58,562 nucleotides of DNA, filler included, from Sphacelaria rigidula (GCA_964200075.2; 8 parts of 8 records of this genome joined end to end with filler, not necessarily neighbours in it); one strand, 5' to 3'. Positions 33,721-46,673 are shown, numbered from the whole stretch's first letter. Made by a program: numbers and translations. The notes: a model not told the origin generated them from the letters alone.

Positions 33721-36566
33721 CATCCCATCTGTCCTGTACCTCGACGGGATTATTAACGTATTAGTTCACCGCAGTTGGGACGAGCACAAAATGCAAATGA
33801 TGACCACGATAATATACCACCGTCTTCACGCGGGCTTGATGATAGCCTCGGGTGTACAAATCCCCAGGATTTTCTACGAACTAAAAGGTGGGGTTTTGAA
33901 AACTGATTTCACTGAAATGTCTCTGAGAAAAGTAGTCCGGAATGACTTCTCTCAGAGCCTTTTGTCAGTCTAGAAAAAGCGGTCTCACGAAAATCATCAT
34001 TTCTCAATATAGGTTCTGAATAGAGTCGGCAAGGTCACGCACAACGTGCACAGCTGATAAGCAGCTACGCGTATGCCACACATGTCGAAATTATTGCCGC
34101 CCAACAATTTTACGATCTTTCATTCGTGTTACTCAAGTTGGTCAACCTTATCCGGAGCCATCAACCGATGTTTTGTACAGCCACAATCACTACTATACAT
34201 GGAGATACATCAGCCTATCTTAACCATGTATTTTCGACTTGCGTCACCCCCTGGAAGCCCGTACCATCCTCCCGAAGGGGGACCTTGTATATATATGAGT
34301 TTTGTCAGCATAATATGTGAAACACCTCAATTCGAGTTCGGTGCACGAATATGTCACATTAGTACACTTGAACTTAGAGTGGCGCCCTAATATACTTGAA
34401 CTTAGAGAAGTGCACCGTTTTGGTTGGCTGCATCATCAAGCGTTGGCGAGCGTAGGAAGTCACGCACTATATGGCCGACGACAATGATATGGCGGAGCAC
34501 GTGGAAATCCCGTTGCCACATGTGGAAGCGCTGAAGAGCGACCCATATGCACTTCACGTTCAGCTGGAAGAGGTGGCTGAGAAGAACGGCCAGGATACTG
34601 CCAGGCGTTTCGCTGAAAAAGCTGCACGAGCGGTTGGGGTAGCCCATTGCCCCCGGCGCACACCGCCCCCTCCGCTCGCTTACCAAACGTCAGCACCGTA
34701 ACCGCAGCAAGAGAAAACGCTGCGAGGCACACAGGGTTATGTGGAAGACATCAGGTGGTCGTGATTGTCAGCGTCCAGACTGGCGACATGTTGGCAAACG
34801 GCCGACAACCGACCGGGACAGCCTTTCGCAACCAGCCTAACCTAACTACAACTACGACTGCAGTCAGTAAACACACTTCACTACAGTCCAGTATAACCAA
34901 ATAACGATATTACGGTGTTCCATGCAAGAACACATAAGGTGTGTAATATCATCGTATGACACCCCAACGCCGCCCACGAAGACATACGGTCCGAATGCGA
35001 TATATACACCTCACGCAGCACAGAGTGGGGCTGTGCAACCTCAGGCATAATCAACCCGCGTTATAGAGGTGGTGTCGTGGAAACGTACAGCACAAAGCGC
35101 AGGATGAGATATGCGGTAAGATCACAGCCTACGAAGTGACAGCCTGTATCGGATACGCCAAAGTAACGACCCCAGCATACGTCGCACCAGGAGTATGTAT
35201 AACGGCGGGGTACATGGCACCCTCGTCGCTGTCATGGAATGATCAAACCGTAGTGTGGTGCCGTATGAACGCGCACGACGGAGTACAGCGACGTGCATGA
35301 CGTTGGTTTACACTTGAAATAAGCTGGAAATATCATGATTACACGCAGTACAGAGGGGTAAATGAACACATCCCCACAGGGCCTGACGGTGACGGTCTCC
35401 GAATACAGACAGTAGACGGGGGCATAACTGAAGTAAATGTGCCGTCGGCGTCGCCTTTTTTATTGCAACTCAGGCGCGGGGTTGCTATGATGCGGCACGA
35501 AGCATGTACTGCAGCACGCTTCACGAAAGGCCAGCCATGCACTCTGGCGGGGGTTAGAAAACACCGACGGGTCGAGCAATTCGTCATACCCGTAGAATAG
35601 AGAACCTTCTTCCCTCCCACGTACCATTCGTACGGGTCTGAAAAACACGCTGTGGGCGAATCGTATGCTCAAAGGCTGTAGCAAAACAAACATTTCTTGC
35701 CCGAAAAAACGTCAAATGTAAATCGTCAATTTTCCATCAACGGTTACAAAAGGGTTAAAATCCCCTGAACCATTTTAAAAGGCACACGTGCTATGGAAAT
35801 CTGGAATTCGGACAGCCTGTGCTGTTCGAAATAAGTCCTACTTCCAAATTTGGAATCGGGCAAGAAGGGTTTATTTCGAACAGCAGAGGCTGTACGAATC
35901 CCAAATACACTCGCAGATAGAATTTGTACACCACAAGCTGTTCGAAATAAATTCCTATTTTGCCCGCCAATATCTGAAATTGGGCGAAAAAAACCTTATT
36001 TGCGAGCAGCTTCCGCTGTTCAAGTCCCACATGTCAGAAAATGAGGCTATGAAGCCATGCTCTTCAACGCTTCGTTTGGTATTAACTTTATGTATATGTA
36101 GTGTTGGGATCGCAGGTACCAGTCACGAAGGTTTGGTCTGATGTGGGGGGCGTGCACTGTGGGATAGCAGTTGTTATACATGAAGTACTCCTCTCTTTGA
36201 CCGTGTACCCCGGTGGGTGTTTTGTATCTTTCTTGTCCAAAAGCGGCACCTTGAACACTATCCGCTGTCTACACTCCTAAGCAGCCTGTCTGCTTGCTTG
36301 GCTTAACTGCCATTGCGCCAACTTCTAGCGACCACGACAAAGGGGTTCTGAGTGAATCCTTTAACAGGTTTTTTGAGCCTCGATCGTGTTGGTGCTGACG
36401 GAGCGGTGGACCTAGGAAGGAAGGGCAGCAGCAAAAGGACAGATCTTTGCTGGAAAACAACCTGGACGCATTAAGCGGCGTCACCCGGGGCCGCTGTTGT
36501 GGTGGGGGCCATATCTGGACTCGATTCATCCGGTGTCTTTTTTTTTTGCAACCTCCCTCGACAAGT

Positions 36567-36666
36567 NNNNNNNNNNNNNNNNNNNNNNNNNNNNNNNNNN
36601 NNNNNNNNNNTTAATTAATTAANNNNNNNNNNNNNNNNNNNNNNNNNNNNNNNNNNNNNNNNNNNN
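36567..36666. other. Artificial contig-joining spacer 5
   Basis: Same motif. Confidence 0.99.
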
Positions 36667-36833
36667 CTGCACTAGTTGTGGTTGTACAACAAGGCATGTA
36701 CTGTAGGCGCGCAGTGTCTGAGATGGCGCGCAGACGAGACCTCCAGCGCGCAAAGGCGTCGCGCTTGTAGAAAAGGTCACAGTTCCGGCTGAGGTTTTTG
36801 TACTCTAAAGCAACTGAACCGGTTCTCGGCAGA

Positions 36834-37120
36834 AAAACGCGATTTCACTACTCAATTTAAAGTTGTTTTCCATGATATTTTGACACGGTATACATGGAGT
36901 ATGTGTGAATCCCCTACCGTTTGCCCTCTCTTTTTTTCGTTGTCCTTGTATGTTATTGGTAACCTGAATTTCGGAACAGTTTTTCTGGTGCAAAAGCGTC
37001 GACAACACACCTAAAAAAAAAATGTCAAGGGGGACAATAGGGAGTTCAAAACATACCTCATGCGCATCGTGTCGAAATTTCGTGAAAAAATACTTAAAAT
37101 TCAACAGCATAACCGCGTTT
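36834..37120. mobile_element. Older copy of the AACACGCGATTT-TIR palindromic MITE
   Basis: aaaacgcgatttc...ttttgacacggtatacatg is inverted at catgcgcatcgtgtcgaaattt...aaccgcgttt. Confidence 0.6.
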
Positions 37121-37170
37121 CATTTTTTCGTGGCTGGTTCATCTCCACATAGGAACCAGTCTTGGACACG

Positions 37171-37480
37171 AACACGCGATTTAACAGCTGAGTTTCAGGT
37201 CGTTTTCAATGACACTTTGACACGATGTACATGATGTATGTGCGAGGACGCCACCTTTTCCCGTCTACATATATATATATATACATATATATTCCCCGTG
37301 AGTTATCGGCGACCAAACATTTCAGAACATTTTTTTTCGGAACAAAATGGTGAATAACTTCAATATATATATATATATATACATATGGGGGAAAAGGTGG
37401 CGTCTTGGCACATACATCCCGTACATCGTGTCAAAATTTCATAGAAAAAAAACTGAAACTCAGCTGTTAAATCGCGTGTT
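37171..37480. mobile_element. Palindromic MITE with (TA)n inner arms
   Basis: aacacgcgatttaacagctgagtttcag...gacgccaccttttccc(TA)n is inverted at (TA)n gggaaaaggtggcgtc...ctgaaactcagctgttaaatcgcgtgtt. Confidence 0.85.
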
Positions 37481-37548
37481 AACATCCCTGTCCGCGTCTT
37501 AGGCGGCCCAGCCTGTAGTAGTGACGGTACTGGAAAGGTGAGTCTACC

Positions 37549-37684
37549 ACACCCTGGACAATAGAATACACAGTCCAAAAGTGTACTGCGTACAGTATCG
37601 ACCATTGCGCCTAGGGCAATAGACAATAGATGCTATACTAAACGCAGTGCATTTTTTTACAATAGAATCAATTGTCCAGGGTGT
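37549..37684. mobile_element. CACCCTGGACAA-TIR MITE copy
   Basis: acaccctggacaat...attgtccagggtgt. Confidence 0.8.
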
Positions 37685-38077
37685 GGAGCCTACGTCCGTG
37701 ACCATGGGCAAAAATAATAAATCAAAGAGGACTCTCAGATCCGTCGGTCCAAAAACATAAAATCGTGACCGCAGGGTCAGAGAAGCCAAAAGCGCAACCT
37801 TTGTGTTACTCCGCGTCCTTGGCGCCCAGTGCTGTAGGGGAACAAATATGGGAACAGGGGCCACATGATCCGGATCATGATCCGGATCATCAGCAAACTC
37901 ATAAAAGTAGTTGTAGACGGATCATGACCCGCGCGCTAAAGCCAAAATTTCGGAGTTTAATTTTGATGTATAGATCATGCCCCACTCAAGATCACATCGG
38001 CTTCACTGTCGGAACCTCAGCACACACGTCCAAAAACTACGCCAAACCTCTTCAGATCACGCACATACACTTGTCAC

Positions 38078-41000
38078 CTGTTCCAGCCACTTGGGCATGA
38101 GCACCGATAACAGCGGAAAGTAGACCCCGGTGATGAACGCCTCCGCTTCTTCTCCGCTGTCCGGAGCGCACAACGCTCCCTCCCCCCTCTCTCCCCACCC
38201 CGTCGATACCGCACCCTCGTCCAAATCTCCCAACTTATGATCGTCATTCCCCGTCAGCTGCTGCCGCACTGCCGCCGCAGCAGCTGCCGTCGCCGACCGA
38301 CCTCGAGTAGAGTTCATCCTACCCCTGTCCATGATAATCGGAAGCCCCAGGCTGTCGTGGCGCTTCAGCCGCATGTGGTCGGGTGAGCACGGGCAGGAGA
38401 GGCACGGCGGTATCAGACGGTCGAGGTCCCCGCTGCGGACACGATATCCCGCCAGGTCGGAAATCGGGACGGGGTTGGCGTCAAGGTCGAATCCGACTTC
38501 GCGTAGTCGGCGTCGCCTCGGAGGCCGTCGCTGCTGCTGCCTGGTAGCGGCGAGGCCATTACCGGTAGTATTGCCAGCCGCGTTGCCGCTGTCTTCACAA
38601 CCGGTGCTGTCACTGCTGTTACCTGCATCGCTGTCGTCAAGCCAGTCAGCGCGGGCGACCTCACTGCCCCCGCCTTCGCCGTCACGATCCTCATCCTCAT
38701 CTCCACAGTCGTCGCTATCTTCATCGGAACGGAATCTGTCGGCGTGAGAACTCGAGCCTGATGTGTATGCCGCCATCTCTCCCCGACGGTAGACGGTGCA
38801 TACTGCGGGTGGAGGGTCCCCCCGACCGTCGGCCCTTATCTCCAATAGCTTTTCCAGGATTAGCTCGCTGGACGCCTTGAACAGGCTGAACTTTGGTCGA
38901 CCTACGGCGGTATCGGGCTGCGGCGCCAGCGTATGCGCCGGGTATCGAGAGGGGAGGCGGGGAGGGGAGGGTGAACATGTGATTACTACACGAGAACTGC
39001 AATATGTAATACTGGATATTAGACCTCACACAACTCCGAAGATCAACTTGTACACCACGGGCGAGGCATACTCAAAGGACCAAGAGGGACATCACGAGAA
39101 GCAGAACACGTTTGAAAAACTTTGAAAGGCGCATGACATGAGTGCACACCCATTCACAGGGTAAGTGTCAGGTGACGTTTCATTCTTCCTTCGAGGGAGA
39201 AAACAAAAATGGCATGAGTGCACAGTTATGAGTTGCGCAGTCATAAAATTTCGAACCATCTTCACGTACAAATCTGCGCTATATTTCAGGGGTCCAAGCT
39301 GTCGAATCATGGGTAACCAACGACAAAAAAACGCCCACCTAACAAAGTGACATAAATCTCGGAATTACGATACGCTGCAATGTGTAGAGTAAGAAGCGAT
39401 GCCCCTGCTGCGGTACACATATTTTCCCGTGCTAGGTACAAGAGTATACTTGCACATGTGGCACGAGGTACATTACACCTCATGAACAAAAAGTGTCCTC
39501 ACCCCTGCAAGACTCGGGGCTTTCATATAACAGAAATTGAGCTTATTCGAAGGCTGGGTGTTGCTGTTTTTATCGCGAGTAGCACGAAAAATCGGCTCAC
39601 CTCCGACAGATAGGGGTAACTAATGGTGAAACAAAATATTTTCGCGCGAAGCGCGATAATGTCCGAACGTTTAAAAACCGCCACTCGGCAAAAATCGAGG
39701 ACCCCCCCGAGATCAGGGGTGTGCTCATGATCATGCATGCCACAGTCATCGGACCATTTCAGGGGGGGGGGCGTACTTACCTGTTGTTTGCCTTAGTCAT
39801 TCGACCATTGACCACACCGAGATACTCAGGTGAAGAACTATCGCATGGGATATGTCCTGTATCATTGTGCTGCAGCACAAACACACTCATGCCTTGTCTC
39901 GTGTGCTGTACCTATCGCTGCGCTGTGCGTGTCTTGAGGCCTTTGTGACGACGGTTTGCCCCCCCCCTGGACTGCCTGAGTTGCTTTTTTGTCATTGCGT
40001 TCGTCTCTATGAAAAATAATGTTATCGGCACGCAGTACTCTCTACACGCTGTTTCGTCTCGAGTCAAACGATCAATGCGCTTCCCAAGTTCATCATTTCT
40101 ATGCTGTAGTTGTCGCTGGGCTGTTGTGCATCTCAACACTCGACGACGATCACGGTGCGATATGCACTGGAGAGTGCCTGAACACTTGTATTGCTGCGTG
40201 CCGTGTTTCGGTCTGCACAGAATTGGAGTGGAATCAAAGTGCTGTCCAAACGAAGGTTGAAACAATCATCACATCACGGCTGTGCAGCTGTCTGTTGCGC
40301 CTTCTCTCGTACTTCAGTTATAGCCGGGTGCTGTTATCGGGCAAGACACGCAAGGCGAGTGCATGCAGGTTGGGGCAAACAAACTGAGCCAGCACGGAGC
40401 TGCTGTATCCTCGGTGATTGATGGTAGCAGCTGTCTGTCTCGCAGCGGCGCAATGTGTGGGCCAATCAAATTATATTCCACTCGTTCTTCTCATCTAATT
40501 GAAGAAAGATCGCCGATATTTGGTGCATTTCAAGACTCTGATTGGTCGAAAAATCTTTCCCCTCAAAATTCTTGCCCCTATCAGTGGGCCCAGTGCCGAA
40601 AAATCTGGGTGAGAGTACATGACGTGAATTCGTACGCTCGAGAGGACAACGGCTATTCCTGGGTCGATTTTGGCCAAAATGCGTGGTATGCACACTGAGC
40701 AAGCACTTGGAACTGTTAGTCCTTTGAAGCTGCGGATACGATGGCCACAGAGCAACCGACGATGTTTCGACTCTGAATTTTGTTGACGGCTTCGGGTAAC
40801 TTCTACTGGTGTAAAGATATTTCGATACTCCTACGAAGACTCTAATACGCTGGTCTTCATTCGATAATACCCTAATCGTGGAGATCCCATGTGCCACTTA
40901 CGCGCATGAAGAGCGTGAGATGCCCCTGCGCAGCCCTGTCACACACGCTGTCTAGACATGGATTTCTCGAGGCCTTTCTCATCGGTTGCTGGGGTTTTAT

Positions 41001-42577
41001 TATTTGCTGAGGGAGAATTACTTGCGAATCAAGCCTTTCAGCGCCTGCTGATGGGCACCAGAGCCTGCCCGTTGTTTTTCCAAGTGGACATGATGCCATT
41101 TTGGTAGATTGACACTCGTGGGCACTCAAGAAGGCACACCCTTTGGCAACAAGGATAAATCACCTTGGTCTTACGCTAATTGTTTTCAAAGGGAAAATGA
41201 ATATCGATTCAAAACACGACCAACCCTGGCGATTGAAGGGTCAAACTTAAGGCGCAAACGTTCGAATTGACATATGTAGGACTTCAAATGACTACGCTTG
41301 GTCATCAAACGGCTACCGCGGGACGACCGCATCGGAATGGTGCATGCTGCTCGCAGGACGGTACGAAAAAATACTAAGGCGCCGTTAACGGTACTTACCG
41401 CATCAAGCCCGGTTCCTTTCTGGGACCCGACCGCAGTCTGTCGTCCAGAACCAGCGGTTGTCACCGCCGCATGCCTCGTGCGGCGTAAGGACAACACCAT
41501 ATCCTTGTGGGAAACATTGTGCACCAGGAGCTCCGAGCGCCGGCGATCGGAATCGGTAGATCGACGCCCGCCCCTCCCCCTGCCAGCAGCACTATCCGCT
41601 GACGCCAGAGTCAACCGATCTGCGATGCTTACATTGCCAGTCGCTGTCGTCAGGAAAGGACGGGAATCTATTACCCGGCCGCCCTGAGCAGGGCCCCCTC
41701 CCACGGCGGCGGCGGGGGCGATGGCGATTGGTGTAGTGTGAGTAGCCGCGTTAGGTGATGTCAGCACCCCGTTCGTGACTACAGGTTTGTGAGTTTGCCT
41801 CCTTGACTGGGTTGCGCTGCTTTGCCCGCCACAATCCGCACCACAGTCGGCACTTGCTGACCAGATCGTTCTATTCGCATCGTCCGCGTCACCGCCGGCG
41901 GCGCTGTCGTTGCTATTGCGGGAAGTATCTACTCCGATACGCTGCAATGGGGGCTTGCCAGGCCGCGCTACTGCTGCTTCTGCCGGCCCTGTCTCGTCCG
42001 ATGAACTGCTCTGAGGGTCGACAATGTTATGCCCGCCTCCACCACTCACACCAACATTCCTATCTTCCGTAGAACCAGCAGCGTTCAAACCGACGACGGC
42101 TACTGTTCCATCAGTCTGCAGCAAGTGCTGCCGGGCCACCGTCAGGGAAGGCGGCGGCGAGATGATGACAACATGGGCGCTGCTCGCAGCACCCACTCCT
42201 TGAATTGCGCCGCCACCGCCGCCGCCGATATCTTCTCCATCTGCAGCAGCCACGGGGGCGGCGGCTGATCCTGCAGCACTGTCTAACGTCGCATTCCTGT
42301 CACTGCAGGGATTCGTGCCTGTGCTACTGGAAACAGTTGCAACACCCCTAAGGGAAACTTCGCTTGATGTTCCTGATTCGTCTGCTTGACCTCGGTGCTG
42401 CACAGGGCTGCAGCGTCGCCTCTTCTCCATCCTGTTTCCGCGTTCAATGCCGAAGAGCACCGCTGCCAGGGTGAAGATGGACATGGCTAAGAAGGCGATG
42501 GCTACCGGTAGCTGCTGCGATGGAACCCCGACTCCGGCGCCGCCACCATCACCTGCTGCTGTATCATGGCTGGACAT
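38078..42577 (-). CDS. 5' part of a protein with an N-terminal TM helix, long low-complexity regions and short ordered blocks (LVHNVSHKDMVL, GRPKFSLF, VGFDL, ITGVYFPLLSVLMPKW)
   Basis: Exon 1 42577-41399 (ATG MSSHDT; TM VAIAFLAMSIFTLAAVLFGI; donor gtaagt, phase 0). Exon 2 38917-38078 (acceptor cgcag, 280 codons in frame with ORF 38057-38845, donor gtgaca). Confidence 0.85.
39960..40700 (-). repeat. Copy of the ~0.8-kb dispersed repeat (see 3960-4780), intronic
   Basis: Reverse-complement alignment to the contig-1 copy. Confidence 0.85.
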
Positions 42578-43113
42578 TGTAGTGCCACTGTGTGATAGGT
42601 TCAACTGCTCGTATACTGTTCTAGACTTGCCGTACCGCAAGACCGGCTGGACTGTACACCATCCCCATCGCTATGAATAAAGTCAGCACATGAACATGTA
42701 GCTCCGCCTTTCGGCACGTCGAATCTTTGATGCTTCGTTGGTGCTGAGGGCTGATATTTGACTCTCGAGACAAAGCACCAAACCAAAAGTCGTGCTTTGG
42801 CGTTAAGTTCTTGTTAGAGGAATGCTCTACCTGTAGAGTCGTTCACAAAATAGCTTGTCTAAGAAGTTCGTCCTGCTTTGATGTGAGTGTTGAATACGCG
42901 CGAACGGACCTTCGGACGTGGCTGATATTCTCAGACCCGTGACCATGCGTCGTTGAGATATGACTGTGAGAGCTTAATTCCGTTTTTAGGTCGGCCCAGA
43001 TCGTTCAGCCAAAGCATCACCACCGGCCACTATACGTGGATCCTCGTGTACATGCGTACACGATGCACAGCATGGTGCAGTACAAAAGCTAGTAATAGTA
43101 ACACAAAGGAATC

Positions 43114-43358
43114 ATGCTACGGTAGGGTGCACTTTTTTGGCCAAAACACGCCGTGAAACAAAAACCATGACATTCTTCGAAATAAATACAGTAATTTTGT
43201 TGTGATGTTCGCCTGCGAAACAATCGCCTCTATCATCACGTGCGTTCAGACACAAGTAACTTTTTTGTCCTGATCGCACAAAAAGTGCGAGTGCGCGAAA
43301 GTCTGTACCCAGCTCCAGTAGACCGGTCCCGAAAAAAATATGCACCCCTACCGTAGCA
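43114..43358. mobile_element. MITE with TGCTACGGTAGGGTGCA TIRs
   Basis: tgctacggtagggtgcacttttttg ... gaaaaaaatatgcacccctaccgtagca. Confidence 0.7.
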
Positions 43359-43489
43359 CGACTTTAAGGAGGAATGCCTGGCAATATCCGTAGGTTGTTA
43401 TTATTGTAGTCTCAGAAGGGCATAAAATTTAGACGGACGGACGAGTGTGAAATCCTCATACCCTGGACAAAAGTTACATTGCCAAAATG

Positions 43490-43898
43490 TGTACATCGGC
43501 CAGCCTAGAGGCGGATTTGAAGTTTGCCGGCCCATGCTCTTTTATATGTTTAGAGTTGGACCCTGAAATTTGGTGTGGACAATGCATGGGGCATAAAAAA
43601 TAAAAAATAAACTCGGTACCAAAAGTTTTTTTTTCATGACATAGAGTTGAAGACATTTCACTGATACCTGAAAACTGATTATTGCCCTTAACTCATGGGA
43701 AAAAAAGAAAAACCTTTTGGTACTGAGGAAAATCTTTTTCATGCCCTATTCATTGTACATACCAAATTTCAGGGTCCAACTCTAAATGTGTAAAAGAGCG
43801 TTGGCCTATCTAACACCGGGTCGGTAGAAATTCGGAACAGTATTTCGCAGGCCACTCACCGGCCTACGTTTGGTTTTCGTGTATTGAAATTTTGTGTG
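43490..43898 (+). repeat. Terminus of the TIR family seen at 2530-2935
   Basis: gcggatttgaagtttgccggccc...gaaatttgg...ccaaatttcagggtccaactc...gcaggccactcaccggcc colinear with 2543-2920. Confidence 0.75.
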
Positions 43899-43998
43899 NN
43901 NNNNNNNNNNNNNNNNNNNNNNNNNNNNNNNNNNNNNNNNNNTTAATTAATTAANNNNNNNNNNNNNNNNNNNNNNNNNNNNNNNNNNNNNNNNNNNN
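43899..43998. other. Artificial contig-joining spacer 6
   Basis: Same motif. Confidence 0.99.
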
Positions 43999-44075
43999 TG
44001 CTCCGTCTCGAAAGGGATGCGTGGTCAATGGTCAAACGTCTAAGGCAAGCAACAAATGAGTACGCCCCCCCCCCC
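43999..44075 (+). repeat. C-tract-tailed repeat copy
   Basis: tgctccgtctcgaaagggatgcgtggtcaatggtcaaacg...gagtacg followed by poly-C. Confidence 0.85.
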
Positions 44076-44226
44076 ATATATGTGGGGGGGGCGGGGGTTA
44101 TCACGGCTTCACTCCAGAGTAGATCCGACTGAGCCCTTCGCCCATCCTAACCTCCAATTCCTGGGCATGCTATGTCACGAAATAAATCATCTTGCACGCA
44201 CAACACCTGTACATATATGTATACAG

Positions 44227-46673
44227 GCTGATGTGGTGTTTCCTGGGGGCAAGAAGACAAAAGCGGACAAGGGCGCACCTCTGGCCCAGGTAGCGAAGAA
44301 GGCGGGCTACAAGGCATCATACGGCTGCGAGGAGGGGAAGTGCGGCACCTGCGAGCACAAGGTCAGCACCGCACGGTAGTCATATGCTTCAGATTTTTGT
44401 TCAGTGCCGTGGTTGACGGGGGTAAGGCCCTGTCTCAGCACATGACTTTCCGATCGAAAATGTGTGGTGGAAAACAAAACTCCCGATCTGATAGTCCGTA
44501 ATTTCAACCATCGTCGAAAATTTCGAAGATGGTTGAAATCACAGCCTATCAGATCGGGATTTTTGTTTTCCACTGCACAATAACGATCGAAAACTAATGT
44601 GCTAAGACAGGTCCCAAGTAGTATCCGCGGGGCTGGTGAGCGTTCAATCCTCCACCACTTTTGTCGAGTAGCAAGATTGACCCTGGACTGCTTTCACAGA
44701 GGCTACGTTCCTAGAAGGCTCTCGACGAGAGAATTTGCTGCTGAGCTGTCGGGAGAAGTGACAGCTGCTGTAGCTAGTCGGCCGTCTATCGCGTATATTT
44801 AGTCTCAACACGAGCTACGTGCACCACGATGTCGACTCTTGGACTACTGATACTATGCCGCTGCTTGATACCTCATGAGTATTGGTGATGGAGGATGGAA
44901 GCATGCTTCATTGCCGTGATGTGAGAGATCCATGATACACGGGAACTTCGAAATCACTGGGACACCGTTGTAAGCGAAACTGTCGTGGGTAATGCTACGT
45001 GTTTGTATATAAACTAAGTACATATATGGCTACTACCCCTACGTGTGGGAGTGGTAGCCACGGACTTGGCCGTGGGACGTGCCTAGACCGTTTGTTCTTG
45101 TGTGGAGGGGTACTCCAGGGTCGAGATGAGATGTGACTCGAGGGGCACCCGGAGAGGTACCGCCTCGAGTTGGAGTATGACTGTTACTCCGGGTGCGGGA
45201 TAGACAATGACCCGAGGGGACAGACTAGGTTTCCAGAGGGAACGTTCCCGGAACCATGCCGGAGATGTGAATTTTCCTGGAACGCAGCGCAGGGATCCAT
45301 AAAATATTATCGGGAAATATGGTCCCGTAGCGGTTGTAGACACGTGGAAGACTTGTGGACTACCCTGGTACTCACATATATATACATATATATACTCGAG
45401 TATATTTTTTCGCAACGAAGTGTTCTCGTGCCGACACGAGCAACGACCTAATTGGTTTCCGCGTACAGAGAAAGATGAATGTGTTGCTGGATCTCGATAC
45501 ATCTACATGTCTTTTCCCTCCTCTTCTGGGGGCCTCTCTTCATGTCAACGTAAACGCAAACACTATTTGCCCTCTTCTTGGCTGTTCTATACTGTTCCAC
45601 AGGTCAACGGGAAAAAAATTCGCCTGTGCGTCGGCAAGCTGCCGGCCGGTGCAGGACCCTTTACAGTGAGTGTCGACGCGCTTGCTCGGATTTTGGACAG
45701 GGCTGTTCAGAGAGGGCACGTCTGTCCGCTGTACCGCTGATCGACCACTTACCCTCCCCCTAACCCCCCAAAGTATATTCGACCAGGATTACTGGCGTTA
45801 ATCGTCACTGTGTGATGTCCAGTTGTCATGTTGGCGAGTACAGCAGGGTCTATCGGGTAACCGCAGTTGCATCGGTCGCTGATCACCTCATGTGAGGCAA
45901 GTCGCTCAACGAGGAGTTGGTGCCCAGTACACGCAATTTTGCGATGGGGATAGTGGCATGGGGGACCAAGCCCCCCCTCTTCATTTATCCCAACTGTTGT
46001 TGGGGGCTCTTCAAGGTTGTGTAAAAACGATGGCAGGAATGAATAAAGTATTGTAGCCCGCGGTGTACGCTATTTTGCCATTTTCCCTTCTGTTTGATGG
46101 ACGCAAAAATTACCAGTCGGTTACCGCCTGACCACTGTAGTCAGAATTGCCGATTTTCCCGCAAAATTTGTATGGATATTGTTTTGCTCTACATGTTTTG
46201 GTCTCGCCGGCTGATCACTCAGAGACCCCAGATTGAGAGGGAGAAGTGGTCAATTAAATAACGAAAAAATTCCAGGTCCGAAATGCCCCTCCGGGCCTTA
46301 TATACGGCTTCTGTAGTCGCTTGCCATTGAAAAGCCTTCGATATCCCTGACTAGGATATCGACGTGTAGCTGTAAGCATACGACAGTGCTACGGGCAAAG
46401 GTAAGCACACACGGAACGAAAACATGGTCAAGTTAGGGCGAATGGTGAACCTCCCTCTCAATCAACGCAAGATTATACTCAATCTTTTTTGAGTTTCGTT
46501 TTTCTTGGGTCAGTTAAAGTGCAACAATCAATGAAAAAAACCAATCAAACCTATTACGAAAACATTGTTACATCCACCCACCTACCGCTATACTTCACTC
46601 GACCTATCAACTTTGTCCATTCCCCGCCTGTGCTCCTACCATCGGTTGTCCGTCCCGCCAGTTCACGGTCTAG
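44227..46673 (+). CDS. Short 2Fe-2S ferredoxin-domain protein (3' exons)
   Basis: Exon 44227-44361 (ADVVFPGGKK..ASYGCEEGKCGTCEHK, Cx4Cx2C) and exon 45603-45665 (VNGKKIRLCVGKLP.., fourth Cys) join in phase 0. Probable last exon 46662-46673 (FTV*). Confidence 0.88.
44428..44613. repeat. Intronic ~185-bp imperfect palindrome with minimal loop
   Basis: cctgtctcagcacat..cgatcg..gtggaaaacaaaa..tcccgatctgatag..atttcaaccatc.tcgaaa is mirrored by tttcgaagatggttgaaat..ctatcagatcggga..ttttgttttccac..cgatcg..atgtgctaagacagg. Confidence 0.85.

Noticed and set aside
29334..36566. Endogenous giant-virus (phaeovirus) insertion
   Set aside because: No dense intronless ORFs or viral hallmark motifs seen
41186..41398. 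C-terminal part of the 484-aa ORF
   Set aside because: Read-through past a strong gtaagt donor; intronic
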